NCBI GenBank assembly: GCA_963725865.1
Contig: CAVSAC010000014.1
Location: forward strand, 1,056,001 to 1,120,000
Length of the DNA: 64,000 nt
DNA from: Candidatus Eiseniibacteriota bacterium
GTDB lineage: Bacteria; Eisenbacteria; RBG-16-71-46
Reading direction: 5' to 3'
Shown: piece by piece, positions 21,440-31,446 of the stretch
Position numbering within the stretch: position 1 is the first letter of the stretch
How the letters are laid out: each line of letters opens with the position of its first letter
Translations under genes and position numbers: made by a program
Notes under the pieces: generated by a model
Database searches by the model: none
Told to the model about the DNA's origin: nothing
The model's input: the letters and a program-made list of their open reading frames with translations, nothing else

Positions 21440-22708
21440 TCAGAACCCGTTCAGCGGGTACACGAAGGCCGGGCGCGCGCAGAACCAGCGCTCGATGATC
21501 TCGGCGGCGCCGCCGCTGGCCTCGAGCAGGCCGGCCTCGGCGGCGCGCGTCGGGGACAGCGTGCCGCTCACCAGCGGTCCCATGACGTCGGCCGGCACGC
21601 GCAGGCGCGGCGTGCCGCGGCCGGCGCTCGCCCCCTCCGGACGCACCATCAGGCGGCCGTCGCTCGCGCGCACCCGCCATCCGCGCGCGTTCGGTGCCAG
21701 CACCGCGTCGTCCACCTCGAGCGCCACCTCGCCGCGCGAGGACGGCGAGACCGGCAGCGCCTCGAGCGCCGCCTTCACGTCGGTGAGCCTCAGCATCAGC
21801 CCGTTGGCGACGTTGCCGGTGTCGAGCAGCACGCCCATCTCGGCGCCCGGGCGCAGATTCTGCGCCGTCCGCATCAGCGCGAGCCAGGCGTGATCCGCCG
21901 GCGCGGCGTACTGGATCTCGACCACCTGGTCGGACAGCGACGCCAGATGCCCGACCAGGCCGCGGTGCGCCTCGGGCGTGGCGGCCACGAACTCCTGCAG
22001 CGTGAGCGCGAGCTTGAACGGCCCGTCGCTGCTGTCGACCTCGTAGTGCAGGTAGCCCTCGATCTGGCCGCGCCGGCGGCCCTCGTGGACCACCCAGTCG
22101 CCGGGATAGGTCCACAGCCGCTCGGACCACCACTCGGGCCGGCGCGCCAGCGCGAAGTGCCCCTGGGCGGCGACCCGGTCGTAGAGCGCCTCCACGTGCG
22201 GGCGATCGGGGAGCATCAGGCGCCGCACGCGACGCGCCTCGTCGGACGCCGGCAGGTTCGCGGGGGCGACCGCGAGCTGGTGCACGACCTCGGCGACGCC
22301 CCAGCCGAGCTTGCGATAGTACGCGCCGCGGAACGCGTAGAGCCCGCACAGCGCATCGCCGCGCTGGCGCAGCTCGCGCAGCGCGGAGCGCAGCAGCGCC
22401 TCGCCGACGCCGCGGCGGCGGTGCTCGGGACTCACCGCGACCGACCCGATGCCGGCGAGCGGCACGCGTTGTCCGCGCACGTACGCAGTGAGCGGATACA
22501 TCACCAGCGAGGCGACGAGCTGTCCGTCCAGCTCGCCCACGCGCACGTCGCGCAGCCCGAACCGCGGATGGTCGGTGTAGAACTCGCGGCGGTTCTCGAG
22601 GCTCCGGACGCGATACGCGCGATGGCCGAGCTCGGCGAGCGTCTCGACGTCGGTACGGCGGGCGGCGCGGTAGCGCAGCACGGGGGGCCGGGGGGCGCGC
22701 GGGCTCAT
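21440..22708 (-). CDS. eis: Eis-family GNAT acetyltransferase with SCP2-like C-domain
   Basis: VAVSPEHRRRGVG, YYRKLGWG, RLTDVKAAL, C-terminal Phe; ATGA overlap. Confidence 0.85.
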   Translation of the reverse strand: MSPRAPRPPVLRYRAARRTDVETLAELGHRAYRVRSLENRREFYTDHPRFGLRDVRVGELDGQLVASLVMYPLTAYVRGQRVPLAGIGSVAVSPEHRRRGVGEALLRSALRELRQRGDALCGLYAFRGAYYRKLGWGVAEVVHQLAVAPANLPASDEARRVRRLMLPDRPHVEALYDRVAAQGHFALARRPEWWSERLWTYPGDWVVHEGRRRGQIEGYLHYEVDSSDGPFKLALTLQEFVAATPEAHRGLVGHLASLSDQVVEIQYAAPADHAWLALMRTAQNLRPGAEMGVLLDTGNVANGLMLRLTDVKAALEALPVSPSSRGEVALEVDDAVLAPNARGWRVRASDGRLMVRPEGASAGRGTPRLRVPADVMGPLVSGTLSPTRAAEAGLLEASGGAAEIIERWFCARPAFVYPLNGF

Positions 22709-23205
22709 ATGTGCGCGTCCTCGACCAACCGGAACACCGCCTCGCCGTGCACGCCGCGCGTCATGCCCGGGCCCCGCAGCGAGCGTCCGTCGCCGGTGCG
22801 CTGCAGCACCTCGGGCGGCTGCCACGCGTCGTTGAAGTGCGCCAGCACCTCGAAGTGGTAGTCCGCCTGCGCCAGCGACCCGGTGGGGCCGATCAGCGGC
22901 GGCGAGTCGAAGCGGCCGTTCTGCACCAGGACCTGGAACCGCTTCACCAGTCGCCCGCTCGCCGGCTCGAGGATCGACACCTGCAGGCGCGTGCCGTCCG
23001 GGAAGTCGACCTTGCCGCGCACGCGCAGCACGCCGTTGCCCACGCGGTAGGGCTCGAACGTGCGGATCAGGGGCGTGCCCAGCGCGATCCCAGTGGTGTC
23101 CGCGAGCTCCTCGAGGCGCAGCGGCTGGTCCTGGGGCGCACGACCGCGGCCGCAGCCGGCGGCGACCATGGCGAGGGCGAGTGCGAGCACGTGGATGCGT
23201 CTCAT
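22705..23205 (-). CDS. Hypothetical lipoprotein
   Basis: Lipobox MVAAGC after hydrophobic stretch. Confidence 0.7.
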   Translation of the reverse strand: MRRIHVLALALAMVAAGCGRGRAPQDQPLRLEELADTTGIALGTPLIRTFEPYRVGNGVLRVRGKVDFPDGTRLQVSILEPASGRLVKRFQVLVQNGRFDSPPLIGPTGSLAQADYHFEVLAHFNDAWQPPEVLQRTGDGRSLRGPGMTRGVHGEAVFRLVEDAHI

Positions 23206-23436
23206 GCGACGCCAGACTAGCCGCCCGCGCTCGAACGGGGAAGCGCGATGTGCGCCGCGGCGCGAATCCGCGACGCGCTCGCGCAGCGTGGAGCCGCCGG
23301 GGGGGAAGCGCTTGTGAGTCGCGGGAGGGCTCTGCTACGGTTCCCGCCCGTCCTGAGGTCCGCGTGCATGTGCTCGACGCGGCTTCGCGGCCTCGACCGG
23401 GCGGCCGATGGTTGACGACTCGAAAGGAGTTCCGCA

Positions 23437-24027
23437 GTGATCCGGAATCTGGGGATGCGATCCGCGTTGGCGACCGTCGTGCTCGCCGGCGCGGTCGTCT
23501 GGTCGACCTCGGCTGCGGCCGCGTCGGACCCCTGGGCGAAGGGTGCCCAGTGGATGTCGATCCGCGCCGGCTACGCCAAGGCGCTCGGGGACAACGCCGC
23601 CGAGAGCGGCGCGGGCTACGGCTTCGGCTGGAGCCGCATGCTGAACAAGCGCTACTCCTTCGGGCTCTACGCCCATCACGAGATCCTGTCGCGCTCGAAC
23701 GGCGCCGCCGAGATGGCGTTCCCGTTCACGGCCGAGCTGGCGCGGCACTTCCGCTGGCGGACCGACCTGCATCCGTACCTCGGCGTCGGCGGCGGCGGCA
23801 TCAACTATCGCACCTATCGCAGCGGCGACGACCACATCGGCGCCAGCAACGGCGTGTACCTGGTGGGCGGTATGAACACCCCGATCGCGCCCCAGCAGGT
23901 GCTCGGCCTCGACCTGCGCTTCCTCAGACGTACGGGCAACGACAAGATCACGAACCCGAGCTTCGGCCGGCAGAAGAGCTCGGTGTTCGACGTCGGGCTC
24001 AAGCTCAACTGGTCGTACGCCTATTGA
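23437..24027 (+). CDS. Outer-membrane beta-barrel protein
   Basis: AAAGGAG RBS; signal peptide; HPYLGVGGG; C-terminal LKLNWSYAY. Confidence 0.75.
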   Translation: MIRNLGMRSALATVVLAGAVVWSTSAAAASDPWAKGAQWMSIRAGYAKALGDNAAESGAGYGFGWSRMLNKRYSFGLYAHHEILSRSNGAAEMAFPFTAELARHFRWRTDLHPYLGVGGGGINYRTYRSGDDHIGASNGVYLVGGMNTPIAPQQVLGLDLRFLRRTGNDKITNPSFGRQKSSVFDVGLKLNWSYAY

Positions 24028-24071
24028 GCGACGGATCGCGCGCCGATTGCGCGCGTCGCTCCGTTCGTTCG

Positions 24072-24109
24072 GCGCCGCCGGCCCGCACCCCGGGCCGGCG
24101 GCGCGTTTT
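24072..24109 (+). terminator. Rho-independent terminator
   Basis: 14-bp perfect stem GCGCCGCCGGCCCG/CGGGCCGGCGGCGC followed by GTTTT. Confidence 0.7.
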
Positions 24110-24309
24110 CGTCCGCGCGCCGACGCCTCGCGGCGCGCCGCCGACGCCCGCGATCGCGCACCGCGGACCGGCGCGGGGAGATCGCGCGGGCACGCGGCGT
24201 GCGAATCCCGACGGCGGGACCGGGGGGTGGGGAAGCGGAGCGGAGCTCCAGAGGTCCCGGCGGACTCGAGGCGGCGCCGCGGCGTCGCCCGGGACGTCCG
24301 CCCGCGGGA

Positions 24310-25356
24310 TCAGTCCCGCTCGCGCGGGCCGCCGTGCGACTCGAGCCGCTCGAACGCCACGAACAGCACGAGCGCCAGCACTCCGGCGCCGATCGCCGCC
24401 GCCGAGCGCGGCAGCCCGGCGAGCAGCACGGCCACCGCGGCCAGCGCCGCCGAGAGCCCCCAGAGCGCGAACAGCGCCCGGCGGGGCGTGAAGCCGATCC
24501 GCAGCAGGTGGTGGTGGACGTGTTCCGCGTCGGCGCGGAACACGGGTTGGCCCCGCCGTGCGCGGCGCACGAACGCGAACACGCTGTCCACCATCGGCAC
24601 GCCCATCGCGACGAGCGGGAACAGGAGCGTCACCGCGGCGGTGCCCTTGCGGTTCTCGAGCAGCGCCATCGCCGCCATCACGAGGCCGAGGAACTGGCTG
24701 CCGGTGTCCCCCATGAACACGCGCGCGGGCGGGAAGTTGTAGCGCAGGAATCCGATCGTGGCGCCGATCAGCAGCGAGGCCAGGAACATCACGTAGAAGT
24801 CGCCGTGGGAGCGTCCGGCGAACCAGAGCGCGGCCGCGGCGATCATCACCACGCCGGAGGCGAGCCCGTCGAGGCCGTCGATCAGATTGACGGCGTTGGT
24901 CACGAGCAGCACCCACAGCACGGTGAGCGGCCCGCTGAGCAGCCCGGCGGGCAGCGTGCCGCCGAAGGGGTTCGTGAGCACCGGCACGCCGTAGCCGAAG
25001 TGCACGAGCACCATCGCGGCGCACGACTGCACGCCGAGCTTCGCGATCCAATGCGTGCCGCGCACGTCGTCCACGATCCCGAGCGCCACCATCGGCACCG
25101 CCGCCAGCGTCAGCCCGAGCAAGGGCTGAGCATCGAGCAGGGCCGCGGGGCCCGGCAGCGCGCGGGCGATCCACGCCACCCCGAGCACCGCGACCACGAA
25201 CGCCAGGCCGCCCATGGTGGGCACCGCCTCGCGATGGATGCGGCGCGGGCCGGGCTGGTCGAGCGCCCCCGCGCGGCGCGCCACCCGCATGGCGACCGGC
25301 ACCAGCGCGAGAACGGCCGCGCAGGTCACGAGCGCGAGCTGGAGCGAATAGGGCAC
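24310..25356 (-). CDS. WecA/TagO-like polyprenyl-phosphate GlcNAc-1-phosphate transferase (MraY family)
   Basis: GIVDD, NAVNLIDGLDGLA, VFMGDTGS, HVHH. Confidence 0.92.
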   Translation of the reverse strand: MPYSLQLALVTCAAVLALVPVAMRVARRAGALDQPGPRRIHREAVPTMGGLAFVVAVLGVAWIARALPGPAALLDAQPLLGLTLAAVPMVALGIVDDVRGTHWIAKLGVQSCAAMVLVHFGYGVPVLTNPFGGTLPAGLLSGPLTVLWVLLVTNAVNLIDGLDGLASGVVMIAAAALWFAGRSHGDFYVMFLASLLIGATIGFLRYNFPPARVFMGDTGSQFLGLVMAAMALLENRKGTAAVTLLFPLVAMGVPMVDSVFAFVRRARRGQPVFRADAEHVHHHLLRIGFTPRRALFALWGLSAALAAVAVLLAGLPRSAAAIGAGVLALVLFVAFERLESHGGPRERD

Positions 25357-25357
25357 G

Positions 25358-26212
25358 TCAGCGTTTCAGCGCGTTGAGGGCCATCATCAGCCCGGCGCGG
25401 ACGAGGATCAGGGCGTCCGCGATCCCGGCCACCAGCGGGTTCGTCGGGTGGTGCTTGTGGAAGTAGTGAATCATGCCGCGGTGGCGCTCGAGGATGACCC
25501 GGTTCGCCACCCGATGCCGGCTGGCGCCGACATGGTGGACCACCACCGCGTCGGGGACGTACGTCACGCGCCAGCCCGCGAGGTTCATGCGACGGCACCA
25601 GTCGACGTCCTCGTTGAACATGAAGAACGCCTCGTCCAGCAGGCCCACCTCGTCCATGGCCGTCCGGCGCACCAGCATGCAGGCGCCCGCCACCCAGTCC
25701 ACGTCGCGCACCGTGGTGTGATCCCAATCCGAGAGCAGGTAGCGTCGCGACCAGGGATTGGCGGGGAACAGGCGGGTGAGCAGCGAATAGCGGTTGAACA
25801 GGAACGCCAGGTGGTCGGGATAGGCGCGCGCGGAGTACTCCAGCGAGCCATCGCCGTTCAGGATCCGCGGAGCCGCGATCCCGGTGCGCGGATGGGCGCG
25901 CAGCTGCCCGAGCAGCGCCTTCACCGCCCCGGGGCAGACCTCGCAATCGGGGTTGAGCACCAGCACCGCAGCGCCGGTCCCGTCGCGGATGCCCTGGTTC
26001 ACCGCCCGCGCGAAGCCCACGTTCTCCGCGTTGCCGATGAAGAGAACCTGCGGAAAACGCTGTGCGATGGCCGCCCCGGCGCCGTCCCCGGAGGCGTTGT
26101 CCACGACGATCACCTCGGCCTCGAGGCCGGCCGTCTCGGCGACCACGGTCTCGAGACACACCAGCAACGGGGCGAGCGACTTATAGTTGACGATGACGGT
26201 GGACAGGTCCAT
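25358..26212 (-). CDS. GT2 glycosyltransferase (WbbL-like)
   Basis: VIVNY, VVDNASGDG, NVGFARAVN, LNPD, EDVDWC. Confidence 0.9.
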   Translation of the reverse strand: MDLSTVIVNYKSLAPLLVCLETVVAETAGLEAEVIVVDNASGDGAGAAIAQRFPQVLFIGNAENVGFARAVNQGIRDGTGAAVLVLNPDCEVCPGAVKALLGQLRAHPRTGIAAPRILNGDGSLEYSARAYPDHLAFLFNRYSLLTRLFPANPWSRRYLLSDWDHTTVRDVDWVAGACMLVRRTAMDEVGLLDEAFFMFNEDVDWCRRMNLAGWRVTYVPDAVVVHHVGASRHRVANRVILERHRGMIHYFHKHHPTNPLVAGIADALILVRAGLMMALNALKR

Positions 26213-26411
26213 GGGATGGCGAAAGAGTGGACGGCCAGAGCGGAGCGGCGCGGATTCTAGCATCCGCCCACGGGCGAGACGCCGCCCGCAACCGCTCCAG
26301 CCGCGGTCCGCGCGCGCGCTCGGTCGTTGACAGACGCCGCGCGGGGGGCGCACGCTATCCAGCGTGATACCCGGATCACCGGGTGGAAGGTCCCTCAGGG
26401 AGATGTCGCCT

Positions 26412-27332
26412 ATGCGCCTTGCTTCTGTGCTCTTCGTCCTGCTGTGCGCATGTCTGCTCGTCACCGTCCCGCCACCCGCCTCCGCCACCGACACCGATGG
26501 CGGGAACGACTGTCCGCGGCCCATCACCGACTACGGCGACGCGCCCGAGGGCGTGATCGCGTATCCCGGTGGCGTGATCGGGGCATTCCCCTCGTGCCTG
26601 GCACCCGGTCCGATCGCCAGCCGCTCGGTGATGTGCGGAACCGCCGGCACCAACCCGGGTCCCGCCGGATACGTGCGCCACGTGCAGTCCGGCACCAGCA
26701 ACTACTGGCTGGGGTGCTACTCCACCGCCGCCGGCCCATCGGGCATCGACAGCGAGCCCGATGCCAAGATCCAGCTCGGTCCCGGGCCGAGTGCGTGCGG
26801 AGGTGGTCCGACCGACTGCCTGCAACCCGCGTTCAGCGCGATGCAGTTCGGCAAGGACGAATGCCCCACCGACGCCTCCGACGCCGGGGTGGTCGCGTCC
26901 GGGTCGTTCGTGACGTGCTCGAACAGCACCGTTCCCTTCGCGGTCTATAACTGCGGCCCGCAGCGACTCGTCTATCTGAACATCTGCGTGGACATGAACC
27001 AGGACGGCGACTGGGAGGATGGGTTCCTCTGCAGCAAGCCGGTGGCGTGCGCGAGCGAATGGGCGGTGGTCAACAGTCCCATCCTGCTCGACCCGGGCTG
27101 CAATTCGATCACGTCGCCCGGCTTCCGCATGGGTCCGTTCAACGGGCCCGGCTGGATGCGGATCACGATCACCGACGATGCGGTGCCGGTCGATTTCCCA
27201 TGGAACGGCTCCGCCACCGCGACCAACGGCGAGTTCGTCGGCGGCGAGACCGAGGACTACCCGGTCGTGATCGACCAGGCCGTGGCGAGCGACCACCGCA
27301 CCTGGGGCACGCTGAAGACCCGCTACCGCTGA
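26412..27332 (+). CDS. Secreted Cys-rich GEVED-domain protein with TWGxLKxxYR tail
   Basis: Signal peptide; DYGDAP, DMNQDGDW, GETEDY; C-terminal TWGTLKTRYR; alternative start 26403. Confidence 0.75.
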   Translation: MRLASVLFVLLCACLLVTVPPPASATDTDGGNDCPRPITDYGDAPEGVIAYPGGVIGAFPSCLAPGPIASRSVMCGTAGTNPGPAGYVRHVQSGTSNYWLGCYSTAAGPSGIDSEPDAKIQLGPGPSACGGGPTDCLQPAFSAMQFGKDECPTDASDAGVVASGSFVTCSNSTVPFAVYNCGPQRLVYLNICVDMNQDGDWEDGFLCSKPVACASEWAVVNSPILLDPGCNSITSPGFRMGPFNGPGWMRITITDDAVPVDFPWNGSATATNGEFVGGETEDYPVVIDQAVASDHRTWGTLKTRYR

Positions 27333-27348
27333 GCCGCGATCCCACCCG

Positions 27349-27378
27349 CGCGGCGCCCGTCACCCGGCGGGCGCCGCG
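27349..27378. terminator. Hairpin between convergent genes
   Basis: CGCGGCGCCCGTC-ACCC-GGCGGGCGCCGCG. Confidence 0.55.
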
Positions 27379-27384
27379 GCGCGC

Positions 27385-27882
27385 TCAGGGCTCCGCGCGT
27401 GGGACCACCGGCGCCGGCGGCGGGAGCTCGCGACCGAGCGCGGCGGCGAGCCAGTCGCGCAGGCGCGCGGTGTGCGAGCCCTCCCAGTACCACTTACCGC
27501 ACTCCGGGCAGTGGTGCAGGTGCTGCACCGCGCGCAGCACGCGGCCCGGCACCTCGCCGCTGGCCTCGAAGGCGAGGCGGCGCTGGAGCGCCGCGTTGCA
27601 CGCCGTGCAGCGGCTGAAGGGCGGGCCGGCGGCCGCGCCGGCGGCGTCCACCGCGCGCACCGCGGCGGCCGCGTCCCTCGGCAGCCGCAGCGCCGGGACG
27701 TCGGCGTGACGCCGCGGATGGCGCGCGCTGAGCGTGAGCACGGTGCGACGCTCGCGCCGGGCGAGATCGAACAACTCCTCGAGACGCGCGCCCCGCGCAA
27801 CGAGCACGTCGTGTCCCAGCGCGCGCAGGCGGCGCGCGACCAGCTCGAGCGAGGCGTCGGTGACGAAGCGCGTGACGTCCAT
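27385..27882 (-). CDS. Mut7-C RNase domain protein (PIN-like plus zinc ribbon)
   Basis: FVTDASL..ARRLRALGHD, RCTACN, CPECGKWYWEGSH. Confidence 0.88.
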   Translation of the reverse strand: MDVTRFVTDASLELVARRLRALGHDVLVARGARLEELFDLARRERRTVLTLSARHPRRHADVPALRLPRDAAAAVRAVDAAGAAAGPPFSRCTACNAALQRRLAFEASGEVPGRVLRAVQHLHHCPECGKWYWEGSHTARLRDWLAAALGRELPPPAPVVPRAEP

Positions 27883-27981
27883 GCCGCCACCCTAGTGGTC
27901 GCCTCCGCGAGCGGCAAGCCCCGCCGCCGCGTCTCGCCGGACCCCCAATCGGCTGCCCCGCAGGTCGTTGACGCGTCCCAG

Positions 27982-28010
27982 TTGACGCTGGGGGCTCACT
28001 GGGCCAACCT
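27982..28010 (+). promoter_or_regulatory. Sigma70-like promoter, probably leaderless
   Basis: TTGACG-N17-CAACCT, 7 nt before ATG 28018. Confidence 0.45.
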
Positions 28011-28017
28011 GCCGGCC

Positions 28018-29217
28018 ATGGACCCAGGCTTCCCACGTGGGGTGATCGGGCGGACGTCTCCCGGCCGTGCCCCACTCGCCCGGATCGGCCGCCGTCGCTT
28101 CCTCGTGAGTGTCGCCGGAGCCGCCACCTACATGGCGCTCCGACCGCATGTGGCCTGGGCACGAGGGGTCGCTCGGCCGTGGCCGCAACTGCAGCCCTGG
28201 ACGCTCCCCGACGAGCCCGCCCCCGGCCTCGAGCTGGTGCGCGCCATGATCGGCGCCGCGGTGCTGGCGCCCAGCCAGTGGAACACCCAGCCGTGGCGGT
28301 TCGAGGTCGAGGGCACGACCATCCGGCTGGTCGCCGACGCCGGCCGCGCGCTCCCGGTCACCGACCCCGCGCGCCGGGGCATGACGATCTCCCTGGGCGC
28401 GTCGCTGGAGCACCTGCTCATCGCCGCGCGGGCCTACGGCCTGCGCCCCACGGTCGACTACCTGCCCGACGAGGGTGCGCACGGCGTGGTGGCGCAGATG
28501 TCGTGGACCGGCGGGGACTCGCCGCGCGACCGCGCCCTGTTCTCCGCGATCCCGCAGCGCCGCACCAACCGCCGGGACTACGACGGCCGCGCCGTCACGC
28601 TCGCCAGCAGCGCGCAGTTGATGGCGCAGGCGCCCGAGGACGGCGCCGTGCACTGGCTCGACGACCGCGGCGCGCTGCGCGCGATCGCCGACGTGGCGCT
28701 CGAGGTGGAGCGCGCCCAGGTCCGCGACCGCCGTGCCGAGACCGAGCGCTTCGCCTGGATGCGGCTCGACGCGGGCGATGCGCGGCGACGGGGCGACGGG
28801 GTCACGCTCGACGCGCTGGAATTCGGCGGGCCCGCGCACTGGTTCGCGGGGCGCTACTTCGATCCGCACAGCCGCCTGCTGCGCTTCGGAGCCGAGAGCG
28901 CCGGCAAGCAGGCCCGCGACCAGGTGCGCTCGAGCGGCGCGCTCGCGCTGCTGTCGGTGAACCGGCGCAGCGGCCCCTCGTGGCTGGCGGGCGGGCAGCT
29001 GGTCGCGCGGTTCCTGCTCAAGGCGACCTCGCTCGGGCTCGCGGTGCAGCCGCTCGCGACCGTGTTCGAGAGCGAACCCTCGCGCGCCGAGGTGCTGCGG
29101 CGGTTCGGCGCGGGCGGCGAGGAACCGCTGCTGCTCGTGCGACTGGGCCACGCCAAAGCGCCGGCGCCGAGCTACCGGCGCGCTGTCGGGCTGGTGGCCA
29201 CCTACCGCAACTCCTGA
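28018..29217 (+). CDS. Acg-family nitroreductase-like flavoprotein with Tat-like N-terminus
   Basis: LAPSQWNTQPWRF, RRTNR, VRLGHA; GRRRFLV followed by hydrophobic stretch. Confidence 0.85.
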   Translation: MDPGFPRGVIGRTSPGRAPLARIGRRRFLVSVAGAATYMALRPHVAWARGVARPWPQLQPWTLPDEPAPGLELVRAMIGAAVLAPSQWNTQPWRFEVEGTTIRLVADAGRALPVTDPARRGMTISLGASLEHLLIAARAYGLRPTVDYLPDEGAHGVVAQMSWTGGDSPRDRALFSAIPQRRTNRRDYDGRAVTLASSAQLMAQAPEDGAVHWLDDRGALRAIADVALEVERAQVRDRRAETERFAWMRLDAGDARRRGDGVTLDALEFGGPAHWFAGRYFDPHSRLLRFGAESAGKQARDQVRSSGALALLSVNRRSGPSWLAGGQLVARFLLKATSLGLAVQPLATVFESEPSRAEVLRRFGAGGEEPLLLVRLGHAKAPAPSYRRAVGLVATYRNS

Positions 29218-29249
29218 CGGCCCGGCGGCGTCCCCCGCGCGCGCGGCGC

Positions 29250-30650
29250 TCAGGCGCCGCTGCCGCTCAGCGTCATCTCGGCGATCAGCAGCGTGGGACT
29301 CGCGATCGCGCCGCGGAACTCGAGGTCGTTGCCGACCGCCACCACGCCGCGCAGCATGTCGAGCGAATGGGCGGCCACCGTCACGCCGTCGACCGGCTGG
29401 GTGCGCTCGCCGTGCTCGATCCAGAAGCCCTGGGCCTGGAACGAGTAGTCGCCCGTCACCGGGTTGAACCCGAACGAGCCCTGGTCGTCCATGTAGAAGC
29501 CGCGCTCCACGCGCTTCAGGATCGCCGCGGGGGACTCGTCGCCCGGTTCGAGGTAGAGGTTCTGCGCGCCGATGCCGGGCAGCGAAGCGTATCCGCGCAC
29601 CGCGCTGCCGGTGGGGCGCGCGCCGGCGCGGCGCGCGTGGTAGACGTCGTAGAGGAACATCGCGCAGGTGCCGTGGTCGATCAGTACGTTGCGTCGCGTC
29701 GCCACGCCCTCGCCGTCGAACGGCTCGGTGCCGACCGCGCCCGCGAGCCGGCCGTCGTCGACGAGCGTCACGAGCGGCGAGGCGATGGGCTGGCCGAGAC
29801 GCTCGGTGAGCCACGAGGACCGCTTGATCACCGACTCGCCGCTGAAGGCGTCGTGCATCTCGGCGATCCAGCCCGCCGCGATGTCGGGGTGCAGGACGAC
29901 CGGCACCCGGGCGGACGGCACCGGACGCGCGCCGATGCGCGCGACCGCGCGCTCCGCGGCCTCGCGGGCGGCGGCCTCGGCGCTGGGCAGCTCCTGCACG
30001 CGGCGGCGGCTGGTGCTGTAGACGCCGGTCTGCTGGCGGCCGTCGCGGTCGTCGGCCAGCGGCACCACCCACAGGCTCGCGGACGTCGCGGCCCACGAGC
30101 GCGTGATGCCGGTCGAGGAGACGATGGCGGCGGCGCCGTCGTGGCTGCTCACGCCCGCGCCCTCGGTGCGACGGATGCGGGGGTCGTGCGCCAGCGCGAG
30201 GCGCTCCAGCTCGAGCGCCAGCGCGATCTTGCGCTCCGGGGTGAACGCCAGCACCTCCGGATCCCACATCCCCAGCTCGCCCGCTGGCTCGCCCGTCGCC
30301 TCCTCGGGCGTCGCCAGGAGATTCGCGGGGTCGGGGCTCGAGAACCGCGCCAGCGCGACCGCGCGCTGCGCGAGGTCCGCGAGCGCGGACGGCGCGAGGT
30401 CGTTGGTGGACACGAACCCCACGCGCTCGTCCACGATCACGCGCAGGCCGAGTCCGAGGGTCCCGCTCTGCTTGAGCGTCTCGATCACGCCGCCGCACAC
30501 GCGCACCGTGAACGCGCGCGAGGTCTCTACGCACGCCTCGGCCTGCGCCGCGCCCGCGCGGCGGGCGAGGTCCACGGCCTGGGCGCCGAAGCGCTCGAGC
30601 GCCGCGGGCGGATGCGTCGGCTGGGCGGGACCGGAGCGGCCCGTGCTCAT
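29250..30650 (-). CDS. pmbA: TldE/PmbA family protein
   Basis: GLGLRVI, FDGEG, NPVTGDYS, SPTLLI; lacks HExxH. Confidence 0.9.
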   Translation of the reverse strand: MSTGRSGPAQPTHPPAALERFGAQAVDLARRAGAAQAEACVETSRAFTVRVCGGVIETLKQSGTLGLGLRVIVDERVGFVSTNDLAPSALADLAQRAVALARFSSPDPANLLATPEEATGEPAGELGMWDPEVLAFTPERKIALALELERLALAHDPRIRRTEGAGVSSHDGAAAIVSSTGITRSWAATSASLWVVPLADDRDGRQQTGVYSTSRRRVQELPSAEAAAREAAERAVARIGARPVPSARVPVVLHPDIAAGWIAEMHDAFSGESVIKRSSWLTERLGQPIASPLVTLVDDGRLAGAVGTEPFDGEGVATRRNVLIDHGTCAMFLYDVYHARRAGARPTGSAVRGYASLPGIGAQNLYLEPGDESPAAILKRVERGFYMDDQGSFGFNPVTGDYSFQAQGFWIEHGERTQPVDGVTVAAHSLDMLRGVVAVGNDLEFRGAIASPTLLIAEMTLSGSGA

Positions 30651-30661
30651 CCCCGGTCGGC

Positions 30662-31414
30662 TCAGCGCCGGCCGCCGACCGACCAGCCGAGGCCGGCGGT
30701 GACCTGGAGCCCCGAGAAATCGGTGATCACCCGCTTGCCGGAGTTCGGCGCGGTGAACTGGACCGGGTTCGGGGACTGAGCGTCGTAGCGGGCGTCGCCG
30801 ATCTGTCCGAAGTCCTGGAACGCCCAGCCGACCTCGAAATAGCCGAGCAGGTTACGCTTCCCGAGCGGGCGCTCGATGCCGCCGAACAGTCCCGAGACGA
30901 CGTGGCTGCCGCTCCAGCTCTGGTGGCTCGTGAAGCTGTTCGCGGGTTCCGTGAGATCGATGAAGCCAACCCGCTCGGTGACCTTCGCCGAGCCCAAGCC
31001 GAACTCGCCACCGACGTAGAAGCTGGGCGCGAACGCGGGCCACCAGGCGGCGCGCCAGGTGCTGCGCCACAGCGTGAGGTCGATCGCCTCGGTGATCGAG
31101 CCGAATCCGATCGGCGCGTAGGTCTCGTTCGACTTCAGCTTCTGGTACGTCACCGCCCCACCGATCGTGATGCCGGGCTCCGGCGACCACGCGAGCTCCA
31201 CGCTGGGCCGCAGGCTGGGGCCGAGCGGGTCGTACCGCGCGGTGAGCTGCTGCTCGAATCCCCGCAGCGGCTCGTTCCATCCGTCGAGGCGGGAATTCGA
31301 GAAGCCCGCCCCGGCGCGCAGCGTCAGCGAACCCGGCGCCGGCTGGGCGAACGCCACGGTCGCGACGAGGACCATCCCGAACACGACGGCGAGGACACGC
31401 GCGAATGACGACAC
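30662..31414 (-). CDS. Outer-membrane beta-barrel protein
   Basis: AAAGGAG RBS, GTG start; signal peptide ending AFA; C-terminal QVTAGLGWSVG. Confidence 0.7.
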   Translation of the reverse strand: MSSFARVLAVVFGMVLVATVAFAQPAPGSLTLRAGAGFSNSRLDGWNEPLRGFEQQLTARYDPLGPSLRPSVELAWSPEPGITIGGAVTYQKLKSNETYAPIGFGSITEAIDLTLWRSTWRAAWWPAFAPSFYVGGEFGLGSAKVTERVGFIDLTEPANSFTSHQSWSGSHVVSGLFGGIERPLGKRNLLGYFEVGWAFQDFGQIGDARYDAQSPNPVQFTAPNSGKRVITDFSGLQVTAGLGWSVGGRR

Positions 31415-31446
31415 GACGAACTCCTTTCGAAGGCGAGACCGGCGGC

